Position numbers and translations under genes: made by a program. 64,000 nt of DNA from an uncultured Holophagales bacterium (GTDB lineage: Bacteria; Acidobacteriota; Thermoanaerobaculia; Multivoradales; UBA5704): positions 1,536,001 through 1,600,000 of the forward strand of contig CAWJGT010000003.1 in assembly GCA_963842525.1 (NCBI GenBank). The letters are read 5' to 3'. How positions within the stretch are numbered: position 1 is the first letter of the stretch; each line of letters opens with the position of its first letter. The notes beneath the pieces are model-generated. The model was given only the letters and a program-made list of their open reading frames with translations, searched no databases and was not told the DNA's origin. Positions 1 to 9,900 of this stretch are shown in pieces.

Positions 1-3000
1 GCGGCGGAGCGCGCCAGGCGGCGCAGGCGGTCGGCAACGTCGGCCGGCGGACTCGCCTTGACCATGAAGACACCGGTGGCCCCCGGCTGCGGCCCGGTCC
101 GTCGCGGCAGCGTCGTGGACTCGGCATCGGTGAGGAGCCGCCGCCAGAAATCACGTGCCTCGGCGGATTCCAGCGTGTGCCGCTCCAGCTCCACGTATTC
201 GCGGAAGGTCGAGGCGAGCGCCGTTTCGGCCGCGGGCGCCTCCCCGTCCAGCAGCGCCTTGTAGCGCCGGAAGAGGTCGGTCAGCAGGGTAGCGGCGCTC
301 CAGCCGTCGAGCACGGAGTGATGAAAGCTCAGGGTGAGCTGGAAGGCCGCGTCCTCCAGGCGGTGGGCGTGGAAGCGCACGAGCGGCGGGCGCGTCCAGT
401 CGAAGGGCCGGTGCACCTCGGCCTGCAGCCAGGCCGCCACCGCGGCATTCCGCGCCTCGGCCGGCAGGTGCCGCAGGTCTTCGCAGACGAGCGGCGGCGC
501 CACCTCCGCCTGCACGAGCTGGAGAGGCTCCGTGAACCCCGAAAGAGCGAACGACGTGCGCAGCACGGGATGGCGGCGGGTCACCTGGCCGATGACGGCG
601 GCAAGCAGGTCCGCGTCATACCGCGTGCGCAGCCGGAAGCTGTGCAGGTCGTGGTAGACCGCCGACTCCGGGTCGAGCTCGCTGTGGAACAGCATGCCGG
701 CCTGGAGCTGCGTGAGCGGATAGGCGTCCTCCAGCCCCGGGGGGAGCCGCCGCCGGTCGGCCTCGGTGACCAAGGCGAAGGGCCCGGCCGGCGGCGGCGC
801 GCTCCTGTCCTCCGCGACCAGTGCGACATGCCTGGCGAGCTCGCGGATCGTCGGATGGCTGAAGATGTCCTGCACGCTCAGCTCGATGCCGCGCTTCCGG
901 GCCAGTGGGCTGACCTGGACGGTGCGGATCGAGTCCCCGCCGAGGTCGAAGAAGTTGTCGTCGAGGCCCACCCGTTCCACCTCCAGGACGCGTGCCCAGA
1001 TCTGGGCCAGGACCTCCTCGGCCAGATTGCGCGGGACGGCGTACTCGGCCGCGCGCCCCGTGCCCTGCGGCTCGGGGAGCGCCTGGCGGTCGAGCTTGCC
1101 GTTCGGCGTGAGCGGCAGGGCTGCGAGCGCCACGAAGGCGGCCGGGATCATCGGCTCGGGGAGCCGGCCGGCGAGGAAGCTCCGCAGCTCCGCGGCCAGC
1201 TCTCGCCCGTCCGCCGGACCGGCCGGCACCACATAGGCCACCAGGCGCGGGACGCCGTCCGCCGGGCGGGGCATCACGGCGGCCTCGGCCACCGCGGGAT
1301 GGGCCGCGAGCGCCGCCTCGATCTCGCCGGGCTCGATGCGGAAGCCGCGGACCTTCACCTGGCTGTCGATGCGCCCCAGGAACTCCAGCTCGGCGTCCGC
1401 GCGCAGGCGCACGAGGTCGCCGGTCCGGTAGAGGCGGTCCCCCGCCTGGCTCTGTCCGCAGCCGGCGAAGGGGTCGGGCACGAAGCGCTCGGCGGTGAGG
1501 TCCGGCCGGCCCAGGTAGCCGCGCGCCAGGCCGGCGCCGCCGATCCAGAGCTCGCCCGCCACACCCTGGGGGACCGGCCGCAGGCCCGGCCCCATCACAT
1601 AGAGACGGGTGTTGGCGATCGGCCGACCGATCGGCACCGCGCCTGCCGCGGGATCGCCGGGCTGCACCTCGTAGATGCAGCAGCCCACGGTCGTCTCCGT
1701 GGGCCCGTATTCGTTGATCAGCCGGGTGCCGGGGGCGTGCTCCCGCCAGGCCGTGAGGCTCTCGGCCCACAATGCCTCGCCGCCGATCACCAGGGCGCGG
1801 GCACGCCCCGCCAGCTCCTCGGGCGCCAGGAGATGGCGCAGGACCTGGAGGTGCGCCGGCGTCAGCTTGACCAGGCTGAAATCGCCGCCCGCCCGCAGCG
1901 CGGCGGCGAGGGTGGCCGCCCCCTCCTCCTCGGGCAGCAGCACCGCGGGGGAGCCGGCCACGAGCGGCACGAGCAGGCTGGTGACCGTCAGGTCGAAGCC
2001 GATGGCGGAGTGGACCGGCGCCCCGCCGCCCTCGCCCGCGCGGTAGCTCTCCGCAGCCCAGTCGAGATAGTTGGCCAGGCCGCGGTGGGGGACCATGACT
2101 CCCTTGGGCCGTCCGGTCGAGCCCGACGTGTAGATCACGTAGGCCAGGTCGTCCGGCCCCGCCGAGCGCTCCAGGTCGTCCGCGTTGCGCCGTGCGATCC
2201 TCCGCCGGTCCTCCCCCCCGTCGTCGAGCCGGACGATGCGGGGGATCCCGGCGAGCCCGGGACGCAGCGCCAGGATCTCTTCCCGGGTGACCAACAGGGG
2301 GAGCGCGGCGTCGGCCGCCATGAATGCGAGCCGCTCGGCCGGGTATCCCGGATCGAGCGGGACGTACGCCGCTCCCGTCTTGAGCACGGCCAGCACCGCC
2401 TCGACCATCTCCTGGGAGCGCTCCAGGCAGAGGCCGACCAGCGCCCCGGGGAGAGCTCCGAGCGACCGGAGATGGTGCGCGAGGCGGTTGGCGCGGGCGT
2501 TCAGCTCTTCATAGGTGAGGCGGAGCGCTCCTCCTGCGGCGACCGCCGTTCCCTGAGGGGCGCGCCGGGCGCGCTCCTCGAACCGATCGTGGGCGAGCGT
2601 TCCGGGGAGAGGGCGCGCGGTGCGGTTCCACTCGACGAGCAGCTCCCGGCGCTCGGCCTCCGAGAGCACGTCGATCTCGGCGAAGGGGAGGGTGGGGTCT
2701 GAGCAGACCCCGTCCAGCACCCGCTGGAAGCGGCCGAGCAGCGTCTCGGCGCGCTCCCGGTCCCAGACCAGGGGATCGAAGCGGAGATCGAGTGCGATCG
2801 AGCCCCCTCCGACCCGTGCCGTGAGCCCCAGGTCGCAGCGGTCCGCACCGGCATACCCGGTGTGGAGCGTGAACGGGTGGCCGTCGAGAGGGATGCGGGT
2901 CTCCTCGCAGGCGAAGCCGAAGGGCCAGCGCTCGATCCGCTCCGGCGGGAAGAAGAGCTGCCACTCGGCCGCCTCGGCCATCTGGATTCCTACAGCGGAG

Positions 3001-3914
3001 ACCAGGTCGCGCAGGGTCGAGCCGGCACCGATCTCGGAACGGACGGGAAGCGACCGGGTATAGGGGCCCAGCGCGTCCGCGAATTCGGCAACGGCTCGCC
3101 CGTCGAACGGCACGCCCACCACGAAGGCGCTTTCGCCGGTGGCCAGCCGGAGCGTCGCCTGCCAGCAGGAGAGCAGCAGCAGCGACAGCGAGGTATCCAG
3201 GCTCGCGGCCAGCCGCTCGACGACCGCGGCCCGATCGTGCCCGAGACGAAGGGAGATGGTCTGCGGCGCGTACGGTGCCTCGGTGCCGGCCAGGCCGGAG
3301 AGGTCCTGCCGCTGCCAATAGGCGAGCCCCGCCTCCCCCTCGACCGGTCCGAGCCACTCGTGGAATGCTTCCGTGGCGTCGGCGTACTGCAGGGGCTTCT
3401 CCCCGTCTTCAATCCCTGTATAGGAGCGGGCCAGCTCTCCGGCCAGTCTGCGGAGCGAAGGCGTGTCCGCGGCGAGGGCGGGCAGGGTGAGCAGGAGGGC
3501 GTGGCGCGCGGGGCCGAGATCGAGGAGCGCGGCGCGCACCAGCGGTCCCGCGGCGAGGTCGAATGGGGTGGCGCGCTCTGCTTCCAGGAGCCGCTCGCGG
3601 GCCGCCTCCCACTCCTCTCCGGCCATGCCGGCAATGCTGGCCAAGCCGCGCTCGGCCAGCTCGACGGCGCCGGTTTCGTGGACCACCTGGACCGGGAGGC
3701 TCATCCCGGGCAGCAGAGGGAACGTGGTACGCAGGATCTCGTGCCGCTCGACCGCCCGCTCCAACGCCCGCCGCAGCCGCTCCCGATCGAGGGCGCCCTC
3801 GATCTCGACGCTGCACTGGACCACGAAGTCCCGTCCCCCTTGCCCATTCTGGAGGCGCCAGATGTGCTGTTGCTGGGGCGAGAGGCGAAAACCTTGCAGA
3901 GACGTCTTTTCCAT
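1..3914 (-). CDS. NRPS, truncated at left window edge: interface-type (inactive) C domain - A(Asn) - T - C (modAA/dehydrating-like, partial)
   Basis: Absent from the ORF track because it has no stop in the window. Translated by hand from ATG 3914 (GGAG upstream): MEKTSLQGFRLSPQQQHIWRLQ...LTLPALAADTPSL (no HHxxxDG). The same frame carries YVIYTSGSTGRPKG, GFDLTVTS, SLVKLTP, LVIGGE, INEYGPTETTVGC (code DLTKVGEVG = Asn), T motif DNFFDLGGDSI, then EDAYPLTQLQAGMLFH...SFHHSVLDGWS. Confidence 0.92.
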   Translation of the reverse strand, partial: MEKTSLQGFRLSPQQQHIWRLQNGQGGRDFVVQCSVEIEGALDRERLRRALERAVERHEILRTTFPLLPGMSLPVQVVHETGAVELAERGLASIAGMAGEEWEAARERLLEAERATPFDLAAGPLVRAALLDLGPARHALLLTLPALAADTPSLRRLAGELARSYTGIEDGEKPLQYADATEAFHEWLGPVEGEAGLAYWQRQDLSGLAGTEAPYAPQTISLRLGHDRAAVVERLAASLDTSLSLLLLSCWQATLRLATGESAFVVGVPFDGRAVAEFADALGPYTRSLPVRSEIGAGSTLRDLVSAVGIQMAEAAEWQLFFPPERIERWPFGFACEETRIPLDGHPFTLHTGYAGADRCDLGLTARVGGGSIALDLRFDPLVWDRERAETLLGRFQRVLDGVCSDPTLPFAEIDVLSEAERRELLVEWNRTARPLPGTLAHDRFEERARRAPQGTAVAAGGALRLTYEELNARANRLAHHLRSLGALPGALVGLCLERSQEMVEAVLAVLKTGAAYVPLDPGYPAERLAFMAADAALPLLVTREEILALRPGLAGIPRIVRLDDGGEDRRRIARRNADDLERSAGPDDLAYVIYTSGSTGRPKGVMVPHRGLANYLDWAAESYRAGEGGGAPVHSAIGFDLTVTSLLVPLVAGSPAVLLPEEEGAATLAAALRAGGDFSLVKLTPAHLQVLRHLLAPEELAGRARALVIGGEALWAESLTAWREHAPGTRLINEYGPTETTVGCCIYEVQPGDPAAGAVPIGRPIANTRLYVMGPGLRPVPQGVAGELWIGGAGLARGYLGRPDLTAERFVPDPFAGCGQSQAGDRLYRTGDLVRLRADAELEFLGRIDSQVKVRGFRIEPGEIEAALAAHPAVAEAAVMPRPADGVPRLVAYVVPAGPADGRELAAELRSFLAGRLPEPMIPAAFVALAALPLTPNGKLDRQALPEPQGTGRAAEYAVPRNLAEEVLAQIWARVLEVERVGLDDNFFDLGGDSIRTVQVSPLARKRGIELSVQDIFSHPTIRELARHVALVAEDRSAPPPAGPFALVTEADRRRLPPGLEDAYPLTQLQAGMLFHSELDPESAVYHDLHSFRLRTRYDADLLAAVIGQVTRRHPVLRTSFALSGFTEPLQLVQAEVAPPLVCEDLRHLPAEARNAAVAAWLQAEVHRPFDWTRPPLVRFHAHRLEDAAFQLTLSFHHSVLDGWSAATLLTDLFRRYKALLDGEAPAAETALASTFREYVELERHTLESAEARDFWRRLLTDAESTTLPRRTGPQPGATGVFMVKASPPADVADRLRRLARSA

Positions 3915-3935
3915 ATCGTCTTGACTCCGCGCCGT

Positions 3936-6900
3936 CTAGCTCTCCGTCACCGGGACCAGACGGCGTTGTGCCCGCCGGACCACCTGGCTCTGGCGTTGCT
4001 GAGCCCGCATCCGCCGCGCCGCGGGATCGAGCCCCCGCAGCTCTGCCGCCAGCTCGCCCACCCCGGCGTCCGGCCGGGCGGCGGCGCACACCACCGCCAC
4101 GAAACCGTCGAGCAGGCTCACGGCGGTCGGCGCCGTGAAGAGATCCGTGCTGTACTCCAGGCGCACGTCGAGCCCCGAGCCGCTCTCCGTCAGGTTGAAC
4201 AGCAGGTCGAACTTGGCCGTGCGGGTATCAAGGTCCAGGTGGGTGACCGTCAGATTGCACGCGCGCCGCACCGCGGCCGGGGTGTTCTGCAGCACGAGCT
4301 TGACCTGGAAGAGCGGCGTGCGGCTCAGATCGCGCGCCGGTTTCAATGCCTCCACCACCTTGTCGAAGGGGGCATCCTGGTGGGCATAGGCGTCGAGCGT
4401 CAGGCGCCGCACGCGGCGCAGCAGCTCGCGGAACGTAGGCTCCCCTGACACGTCGATACGCAGCGCGAGCTGGTTGACGAAGAGCCCGATCAGCCGTTCG
4501 GTCGCGCTCTGCGTCCGGTTGGCGATGTCGGTTCCGATCACCAGGTCATCGCTCCCCGAGGCGTGCCGCAGCAGCACCGAGAAGGCCGCGAGCAGGGCCA
4601 TGAAGAGAGTCGCCTCCTCCTCGCGCAGGGTCTGGCGTAGCGGCTCGATGATCTCGCTGCGGATCCAGGTCCGCTCGACGGCACCATGGCCTGTGCGGAC
4701 GCAGGGGCGCGGCCGGTCGGTGGGCAGCTCCAGGAGCGGCAGCCCGGCGAGCCGCTGCCGCCAGTAGTCGATCTGCCGGGAAAGGACCTCCCCCTCCAGC
4801 CAGCCGCGCTGCCAGGCGGCGTAGTCGGCGTACTGCACCGGCAGCTCGGACAGCCGCGCCTCGCGCCCTTCGACGAGCGCTTCATAGAACTCCAGCACCT
4901 CGCCGAAGACGACGCTCCAGGACCAGCCGTCCGCGGCGATGTGGTGGATGTTGAGCAGGAGCTCGGACTCCGTGGGCGCGAGCCGCAGCAGGCAGGCCCG
5001 GAGGATGGGGCCGCGGTAGAGATCCAGCGGCAGGCGGGCGGCCTCCAGGGCGACGCGCCGGCTCTCGGCCTCGGTCCGGGAGGCCGGCAGGGCGCCGAGA
5101 TCGATCAGCGGCAGGGCGCCCAGGAAACGCCCCTCCGCGGGCGCGATCACCTGGCGCTGCTCGCTCTCGTCCACCGCGAAAACGGTGCGCAGCACCTCGT
5201 GCCGCTCCACGAGCCGCTCCAGCGCGGTACGCAGCGCCTGCCGGTCCAGCTCGCCGCTCAGCCGCAGGACCACCGGCAGGTGGTAGGAGGCGTCTCCCGG
5301 CGCGAGCCGTTCCAGGAAAAGCAGCCGCTGCTGCGCGAACGAGAGAGGCAGGGGAGCGGTACGCGGCACCCGGACGATCAGCGGCGTGCTGCCGTCCTCG
5401 CGCCGCTCCCCGATCCGCGCCGCGAGGCCCGCGACCGTGGGCGCCGCGAAGAAGCTATCCAGGGTCAGCTCGCAGCCGAAGGTCTCACGCACCTGCGAGA
5501 TCACCCGGGTGGCGAGGAGGGAGTGCCCGCCGAGCTCGAAGAAGTCGTCGTACACCCCGATCTCCGCGATGCCCAGGAGCGCCTGCCAGACCGCGACCAG
5601 GCGCCGCTCGACCGCGTTGCGCGGCGCCACGTACGCCGTACCCAGGTCCGGCCGCGCGTGCCCGGCGGCCGTTTCCACGGCGGCCTGCGCCGGAGCCGGC
5701 GCCTCGGCAGTTTCCTGCGTGGCGGGCGCGGCCTGCAGCGCCCGGCGTTCGATCCAGTAGCGCCGCCGCTGGAACGGGTAGGTGGGCAACGGGATGCGCC
5801 GCCGCGCCTCGCCGGCCCAGAACGCCTGCCAATCGACCGCGGCGCCGGCCAGCCAGAGCCTGCCGAGGGCGCGCAGCAGCACGGCCAGATCGGACCCTTC
5901 CTCGCGCGGGTGGCGCAGGGAGGCGACCACGTCATGCCCCGCTCCGGGCGGGATCTGCCGCCGCGCCAGCTCGCCAAGGGTGCGGCCGGGACCGACTTCG
6001 AGGAGCGTCAGGCCCTCGATCGCTTCCGCCAGGAGCTGCTGGAGGCCCGGTCCGAAGCGCACGGTTTCGCGCAGGTGGCGTACCCAGTAGGCGGGATCGG
6101 TGGCCTGCCCGGCGGTGATCCAGGTCCCGGTCAAATTGGAAAGATAGGGAGTCGCCGGGGCGAGCAGAGTCACCCGCGACACCCGCTCGGCGAAGGGGCG
6201 GAGGGCCGGTTCCATCATTGCGGAGTGGAAGGCGTGGGAGGTCTGCAGCCGGCGGGTGACCGCGCCGCGCGATTCCAGGCGCCTCTCCAGGTCCGCGATC
6301 TCCTCCTCCGGTCCCGCGACGGCGCAGAGCCCCGGGCCGTTCACCGCGGCCAGGGCCAGGCCGCCGGCGAGCTCCCGCTCGATCTCCGCCTCCGTCAGAT
6401 CGACCGCGAGCATGGCGCCCGGGGGCAGCTCCTGCATCAGCTCCCCGCGCGTCGCGATCAGGTCGAGGGCATCCTCCAGCGAAAGGACGCCGGCGAGGCA
6501 GGCCGCTGTGTACTCGCCGAGGCTGTGGCCGATGAGAGCAGCAGGCTCCACCCCCCAGGACAGCCACAGGCGGGCCAGAGCGTGCTCGACGGCGAAGAGG
6601 GCCGGCTGCGCGTAGCGGGTCTGGCGCAGCCGGCGCTCCGCCGAGACCGCCGGCTCTCCGGCCGCCGGGTACAGGAGCGTGCGCAGGTCGCATCCCAGCC
6701 GCGGCGCGACCCTTTCGGCGCACTCGTCGAGGGCACGGCGGAACGCGGGCTCGCTCTCGTAGAGACCGCGTCCCATGCCCGGGTGCTGCGCCCCCTGCCC
6801 GGGGAAGAGGAAGGCGACGGGGCGGCGCTCCGCGGCGCGGCGCGTCACGAGCCGTTGGGGGTCGCGTTCGCGCAATGCCGCGGCCGCCTCCTCCGGTGCG

Positions 6901-9900
6901 GAACAGACCAGCGCGCGGCGGCAGGGGAAAGGCCGGCGCCCGATCTGCAGGGTGTAGCAGGCGTCGGCCAGGCTGTTGCCGGGGTGGCGGGCCAGGTGCT
7001 CGGCGAGCCGGCCGGTCGCCTCCTCCAGCGCGGCCGGGGTGCGGGCGGACAGGAGGAGGAGCTGGAAGGGCCGCGACGGACCGCCGGGGAGGGGCTCAGG
7101 AGCCTCCTCGAGGACGGCGTGGGCGTTGGTGCCGCCGATGCCGAACGAGCTGACGCCGGCGCGGCGCGGTGTGTCGCCGGCCGGCCAGTCGGCCAGCCGG
7201 GTATTGACATAGAAGGGGCTGGAAGCGAAGTCGATGGCCGGGTTCGGCTGCTCGAAGTGGAGGCTGGGCGGGATCTGCCGGTGCTTCAAGGCGAGCGTCG
7301 CCTTGAGGAAGCCGGCGATTCCGGCGGCGGTGTCCAGGTGCCCGATGTTGGTCTTGATCGACCCCAGGGCGCAGAAGCCGGTCCGCTGCGACCCTCCGGC
7401 GCGGAAGGCGCGGGTCAGTGCGGCGACCTCGACGGGATCGCCGAGCTGCGTGCCCGTGCCGTGGGCCTCCACGCAGCTCACGCTGTCGGGGTGGACGCCG
7501 GCCGCGGCTTGTGCGGCCGCGATCACCTGCGCCTGCCCTTCGACACCTGGGGCGGTGAACCCGACCTTCAGCGCGCCGTCGTTGTTGATGGCGGTACCCC
7601 GCACCACGGCGTGAAGGGTGTCGCCGTCGCGCAGGGCGTCGTCCAGGCGTTTGAGCACCACGACGCCCACGCCGCTGCCGGGCACCGCGCCGCGCGAAGC
7701 CGCGTCGAAGGCGCGGCAGTGACCGTCCGGCGACAGGACGCCCGCGTCCTGGTAGAGATAGCCGGTCCCCAGCGGGACGCGTACCGCCACGCCGCCGGCC
7801 AGGGCCATGTCGCACTCCCGGTTGGCCAGCGCCTGGCAGGCGAAGTGGATGGCGACCAGGGAGGTCGAGCACGCCGTCTGCACCGCCACGCTGGGCCCCT
7901 TGAGGTCGAGGGCATAGGAGGTGCGGGTCGCCACGTAGTCCTTGTCGACGCTGGGCTGCAGAGCGAAGGGTCCGAGCGCCTCCAGGATGTCCGGCCGCGA
8001 GAGCAGGTTGAAGAGGTAGGTGCTCATCTGCGCTCCGGCGTAGACCCCCACCGGGCCGGACGGCCGCCGCGAGTCGTAGCCGGCGTGCTCCAGCGCCTGC
8101 CAGGCGTGCTCCAGGAAGAGACGCTGCTGCGGGTCGAGAACCTCGGCGTCGCGCGGGCTCAGGCCGAAGAATTCGGCATCGAACAGGTCGATGTCGGTGA
8201 GCTCGGAGGCTGCCTTGACGTAGCGGTCCAAGGCCAGGAGCTCGGGCCTGATGCCGTTGGCCAGGAGCTCGTTGACCGTCAGCCAGCGGAGCGACTCGAC
8301 GCCGCGGCGCAGGTTGTCCCAGATCTGGTCGAGGTCGGCGCCGCCCGGGAAGCGGCCGGACATGCCGATGACTGCGAAGGCGGGGCGGCCGGCGACCCGG
8401 TCCGGCGCGGGAACCGGCCGGCTGCTGGCCGCCGGCTCCCCTCCCGCCAGGTGGGCGGCGAGCCTGGCCACCGTGGGGTACTGGAACAGCTCCACGATTG
8501 GGATGTCGCGACCCAGGGAACGGAGCAGGCGGGCATGGACCTCGACGAGCCGCAGGGAGTGGCCTCCGAGGTCGAAGAAGTTGTCGTGCAGCCCCACCCG
8601 CTCGACCCCGAGGACCTCCTGCCAGGCGGCGGCGATCCGGCGCTCGATCTCGCTCCCGGGCACCGCATGGGTGGGCCGCTCGCGGACGGCTTCGTCCGGC
8701 GGGGGCAGGGCGCGGCGGTCCATCTTGCCGTTGGGGCTGAGCGGCAGGGCGCCCAGGAAGACGAACGCAGACGGGACCATGAATTCGGGCAGCCGCTCGC
8801 GAAGGAAAGCCCGCAGCTCCGCGGCGGGCGGGTGCGAAGCGGCACCGGCGGCGATCCAGGCGACGAGGATCTCTTCACCGCGATGGTCGTTGCGGACGCC
8901 GGCCGCTGCCTCCCGCACGGCGGGATGGAGGGTCAGGGCCGCCTCGATCTCGCCGGGTTCGATGCGGAAGCCGCGCACCTTGACCTGGTCGTCGATGCGG
9001 CCGACGAGATCGAGCGCGCCGTCCGGCCGCCAGCGGACGAGGTCGCCGGTGCGATAGAGACGGTCGCCGGGCCCGGCGCCGAACGGATCGGGGATGAAGC
9101 GCTCCGCCGTGGCCGCCGGCCGGGCCAGATATCCCCGCGCCAGGGCGATGCCGCCGAGGAGCAGCTCTCCGGGCACGCCCTTAGGCACCGGTGCCAGCGC
9201 CGGGCCGAGCAGGTGCACGCGCAGCCCCGCCAGGGGGCGGCCGATGGGAACCCGCTCGCTCTCGTGGCCGGTGGCCTGGTGGAGGCTGGCGCAGACCGTC
9301 GCCTCGGTGGGGCCGTAGGCGTTGAAGAAGCGCCGGCCCGGCGACCACAGGCGGGCCAGCGGGACCGGGCAGGGCTCACCCGCCACGATCAGGGTGCGCA
9401 GCGCCGGGAGCTGCTCCGGCGCGTCCGCGGGCATGGCCGCCAGCGCCGTGGGCGGCAGAGTGGCGTGGGTGACCCCCTGGCGCCGCAGCAGAGCCAGCAG
9501 GCCGGGACCGGGCAGCAGCTTCTCCCGGGGCGCGAGCACCAGGGTGGCACCCGCGGCCAGCGCCATCCAGATCTCCGAGACGGACGCGTCAAAGCCGGGC
9601 GAGGAGAATTGGAGGATGCGGTCCCCAGGCCCGACGCCGAAGGCATGCCCCTGGGCAGCGGCCAGGTGGGGGATGCCGCCGTGCTGCACCAGGACCCCCT
9701 TGGGCCTTCCCGTGGAGCCGGAGGTGTAGATCACGTAAGCGAGCTGGTCCGGCTGCAGCGGCGGCAGCGCGGGCGGGGGAGCCTGGGAGGAGGCAGCCTC
9801 GAGCTCGCGGTCGAGCCGGACGATCCGTACCGCGGGGCCGGCCAGGGCGGAGAGCCGGTCGGACAGCGCGGAAGTGGTGAGCAGGAAACGCGCCCCGGAG

